Assembly: GCA_036172245.1 (NCBI GenBank)
Contig: JAYWIR010000008.1
Span: 682,001-746,000, forward strand
Length of the DNA stretch: 64,000 nt
Direction: 5' to 3'
From: Raillietiella orientalis
Taxonomy: Eukaryota
Numbering within the stretch: position 1 is the stretch's first letter; every line of letters begins with the position of its first letter. A model generated the notes under the pieces. The model did not search any database. It was not told the origin of the DNA and saw only the letters and a program-made list of their open reading frames with translations. The translations under genes were made by a program, and so were the position numbers. This document shows, piece by piece, positions 60,100 to 64,000 of the stretch.

Positions 60100-63000
60100 G
60101 TGCATCCCCACATTCTCTCCTCCATCCTCCACACCAGGAGCACCCTGCAGCAGTCCGCGAGCACGCGCCCGAGCCGTTGAGGGCAGCGCCGAATAGGTCT
60201 CCTTCTGCCCCTCTCGCTCACGAATGGCAAGAGAATGTTCCGGGGGAGCGACCGCCTTCGTGACCCTGCTCCCGGATGCAATCCCGGCCCAACGCTTGGC
60301 CAGAGAACCCAGACCGTGGCCCCTTCCTGATGGGTTATCTATTCTCCTCCCCGGGAGACGGATGGGGGTGGGGACAAAATGGACACGAAGACGGATGCTC
60401 ATCGAGGGAGCGCCGGGAGAGTCCTTCACCCCCATGGGAAGAAGTCGAGAGCGAGCCGTCTGTCTTACCCTCCCCCCCTCATTTCCTGCCGGAGCACGCA
60501 CCATCCATCCCTAGGAAGCCCGACACGAGTGCTCCCGGATGCCAGGCAGCTGGAAGAAGGGAGCAGGGCGCATCGTCCCGAAAGGTCACCCGCGGCCGCT
60601 GCTGGAGGGGACGCCTGGACGCTTGGCAGCATAGGGGGGAGGGGTGTCACGTGCTCCACAGGGGATGTCGGCGGCTTGAGGAGCTGGCAGTGGGCGTCTG
60701 CAGCGTGGTCCCTCGATGCGCGAGAGGCCTCCCGCGGAGAGGAAGGTGGAAGGGGGGGAGCAGGAGCGCGTGGTTGCCGAGAGGGGAGTGCGCGCATGCG
60801 CTGCTGGGGCCTCTCCTCTCCGCCGCTGCCGTGGGCCCCTCGAAAGCGTCCGTACGTTCGTCCCCTTCCCTCCCGGCAAGCGTCGTCGTCCCGGGACACC
60901 TTTTTCATCCGCTGCCGCCGTACCGGCCGATCTCTTCCGCTCCTCTCCGGTCACGCCCGCTGCTGGCTCCCGAGAGGCGGAGATACCCTTTAGGAGCGGA
61001 GACGGAGGGAGAGAGGGAGGGCTCCGCTCCCAGGATGCCTGTTCCCGTCGCCGGACGGCTTTCCGGAGGCGGAAAGGGGCATAGGGGGAGAGGTTTGAAG
61101 CGTGGGGCCGAAACCACCGGGATTCCTCGTTCTTGCGTAGCTATCGGAATGAAGTCAGCGGGATCGAGGAGGGATGGAAGAGGGAGAGGAGGAAGGAAGG
61201 AGGAACATGGAGCTTCCATCCCTCTGGTGACATCGTGCGTTCCTCTTCCTTCCCCCCCGCAGGACCTTCCTTGCGGGCCTTCCCTCCCGCTGCCTACGTA
61301 GGATGGGGAGAGAACGTTGTGGTGATCACTGCTGGTCGCTGGGGGAGAGGAGAGGGGAGAACCACAGGTTCTTCCTCCACACTGCTCTTTCCTGGGACCC
61401 CCCGGGACGGCACGCTCCACCCATTGGACGGTCGCCTCGCCTGGGGGAAGGGGGCGAAGGAAGGGTCCCCATTCCCGTCTCTCCTGTGGCCCGCCTGTCG
61501 GGTTCAATTGGCCGTGTCATCAAATCCGCGAGCCCATTACTGGCTTCCGCAAGCGGGAAGCGATCGGGAGTTCCCGCGCGCGGCGAACGGCGGCCCGTTG
61601 CCATTAGCAACGAGGAGGAGCGAGGACCTCTTTCCGCTTCTCGACAAAAGGATGCGCGGAGGCCCGTTTTGTCTTCCTTTCCTTTTCTTCCCTCTTTTTT
61701 TTTTCTCTCTCTTTCTTTTTTCATCCCTACCCCCTTCTCTCTTTTTTTTGCGTCTTTCGCTCCCGGCAGGAGCTGACGCTCCCGGAGAGGTTGGAAGTTT
61801 CCTTATCTCCCGGCGCAGCGGTGACTGAAAGGAAGGGGGAGGGGATGGCTGGTCAGGGGCTTCCTGGTCGGCCAGGTTCTTCCCGAAGACGCTGCTGCTG
61901 CTGCTCGGAGCGCTGCTGCCGCGGCGGGCGGTGCCGCGCGCAAGAATTTGCGGCCTAATAAATCATCCCGGTTAATGAGGGGAGCGGCGGCTCCCTCACC
62001 CGGACGGGGAGGGAGGCAATTACGGGACAGCGGCAATCACGAGGAGCGGCCGTCGCATCTCGTCAAGGGGTTGCGCTGAGATTTATCTCGGGAAGAGAGG
62101 AACAGAGCGCGCGCACGAGGGAGGGGAAGGAGCAGCGGCGAGAGTTTGGCGCTGGAGATGTCCACTCGAGGGCGCCCTCGACTCCCTTCCCCACACCTCT
62201 TCCCCCTTCTCCCCCGCTCTTCCCCTTAGGCACGCCCCCTCTTCCTCTTCCTCGTCATCCTGCGACTTGCCCCCCACGCCTCCGACCTCCTAGGACAGTA
62301 GCTCTCCCCTGCTGCCCCACGAAGAGATGATTGGCCACCAAATTATCCAATTATTCCTGCCACCCGTCTCCCGCGCCTCCCCGCATTTTTGCTTCTCCCT
62401 GCTATCCGATCTCTCTCATCTTCCCTTCTTCCACTCTACCTCCGCCCCCCTCCTTCCGTTCCTCCTCCTCTTCCTCCCTCTCCCGCCCCTGGTGAGGTCT
62501 TGCGCCCTCGGTCTCACCAGAAGACCGAGGCGAGAAGGGTGGGACGGCTGCGGCAGCAAGGCGGGAGCGTCGCGAGGGACCGGTCGTCAAGGAATCGCGG
62601 AGTCCCTCCACCCTTCCCAAGCGTCCGGCGAGGCCCGGAGAGGGTAGGGAACTTGACTGCTCATCTCCGCATTCCCGGAAGTGCTCTCGTCCACTGAGAC
62701 TCCCAGAGTCAGATGGAGGCCGCCGGAGGGAAGGTGAGCGCCGGCAGACCGAAGTCAGGGGAGCTTGCCGCTAGGGCACACCCGGGAAAGGACGTTAACG
62801 CTACCGGGACGGCAGCCTGCGGCCTGCAGCATCCGAGCCCGGACTCGTTACCCCATCACCGAGGACCCTCGGCAAATCCAGTAGGGCGTGTCCTCTCTCC
62901 CTGATGCAAGGGTTCTCTCGGGTGCCCCCCTCCTTCCGGTATCCCGAAAGGTCTCTCTCCTGCTGGGACACCGTCCTTTGGCATCTCTCCTCCCCGCTCT

Positions 63001-64000
63001 CTGCAGGAAGAGCAACGCTGCCTCCTGCAGCATCCGCCGGGTCAGCATCCGCGGGCGGGAAAGATCGGGATGAAGGAACCATTGCTGCCCGCCCGGTTCC
63101 CGCCGCCTCCGGGTTCGCTCAAGGAGGACCGGAACGCGCTTGCAGACTCTCAAGGGAAAGAGGGGACAACGGGGGGAAAGGGGCAGCGGTCCAGCCGGGA
63201 CGCTTTCTGATCTCCTCCCCTGCCCTCTGTGCCGAGGACGCTACATTCTCGCAGCCCTCCCCTCAGGGTCACCCTCCCCGAAACTGCGAAGCTCGTTTTC
63301 GAGCCTCCCATCCCGGTCCCATGGCAACGACTCCGGCACTGCTCTCTGGGACGGAACCGCCCCCCTTCTCGACTGCGTCCGGTCTTTGATCTTCCCCTCC
63401 CCAGGAGAAGGAGAACGTCGCACCCTGACCCCGATGCCCGCACTTGCTCCACTCCTTACTCCTCTGCCTGCGCACACTTCCCTATAGTGGAGTGGAATGG
63501 ACATTTAGGAAGGGAGGAGCAAGGAGGAGGGAAGGGAAGGAGAAACATGCGCGTGCTGGAAGGGCGCGAGCCCTGACAAATGCCTCCCACACTACGGAGG
63601 GCAAGGTAGGTGATGACCTCCTCGCATACGCGCGAGACCACGGTGACTGCTCACCTTGGACAGCTCCCTTCCCCCCTCCTCCTCGTTATCCCACAGCGCG
63701 GCACTGCCCACGTGGCTGGGAAGGCGAGGATACGTACCCTCTCAGGAGTCGGGGCCGGCCTCTTTCGCGTCGCAGCAGCATGGCATCCCTGATGCCAGCC
63801 CCGAGGCGTCCGGGCTGAGACGCGAGAAGGTAGGAAGGGCCGGAGGAGGAGGTTAGGGGCCCCGGAGGGCTCCCTTGGGCAGCGGCGGCGGGGCTGATGA
63901 CCTCCAGGCGGAGCCGGAAGCCCCTCCGCCTGGAAGGGCCTATCACGTGGACGACCCGGGTGCAAGGGGAAGGAGAGGGAAGCGCGTGCTCCCTTCCTTC

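Noticed and set aside
21000..64000. Many long ORFs (for example 35839..36987+, 53045..54412-, 54249..55415-, 56384..57469-, 60276..61301+)
   Set aside because: They overlap in all six frames, are rich in R/G/P/S/A, show no recognisable domains, and are expected from stop-codon scarcity at high GC.

Overview
Animal nuclear DNA, probably an arthropod (inferred from the Dichaete/Sox21b-type HMG box, a TCAGTC initiator and a nad5-like fragment). The window has three compositional blocks. (1) About 1-5.3 kb is GC-rich and holds a decayed L1/Tx1-clade non-LTR retrotransposon (knuckle, APE endonuclease and RT remnants, with YADD mutated to *ADD) and a tRNA-like relic. (2) About 5.3-20.8 kb is AT-rich and holds two convergent genes with very small introns: ALYREF/Ref1 (+, 8846-9709, 210 aa) and cyclin B3 (-, 17596-19338, 429 aa). 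The cyclin B3 body and both 3' flanks are CpG-poor and both promoters are CpG-rich. The block is bounded by a perfect 34-bp palindrome on the left and a roughly 200-bp probable mitochondrial nad5 insertion with 17-bp direct repeats on the right. (3) About 20.8-64 kb is a very GC/CpG-rich gene desert around one divergent SoxB (Dichaete/Sox21b-like) gene (+, 30528-32032, 481 aa, one 59-nt intron after the HMG box). It also contains motif-rich enhancer-like islands, microsatellites, a 51-bp minisatellite, an old roughly 300-bp duplication and a young 318-bp inverted repeat. Nearly all long ORFs in block 3 look like GC-composition artefacts. I cannot demonstrate a wholly new system. The best leads are the sharp methylation-like compartments with junction scars, the splicing-dependent features of all three genes, and the long inverted repeat. 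All coordinates and counts were read by eye.
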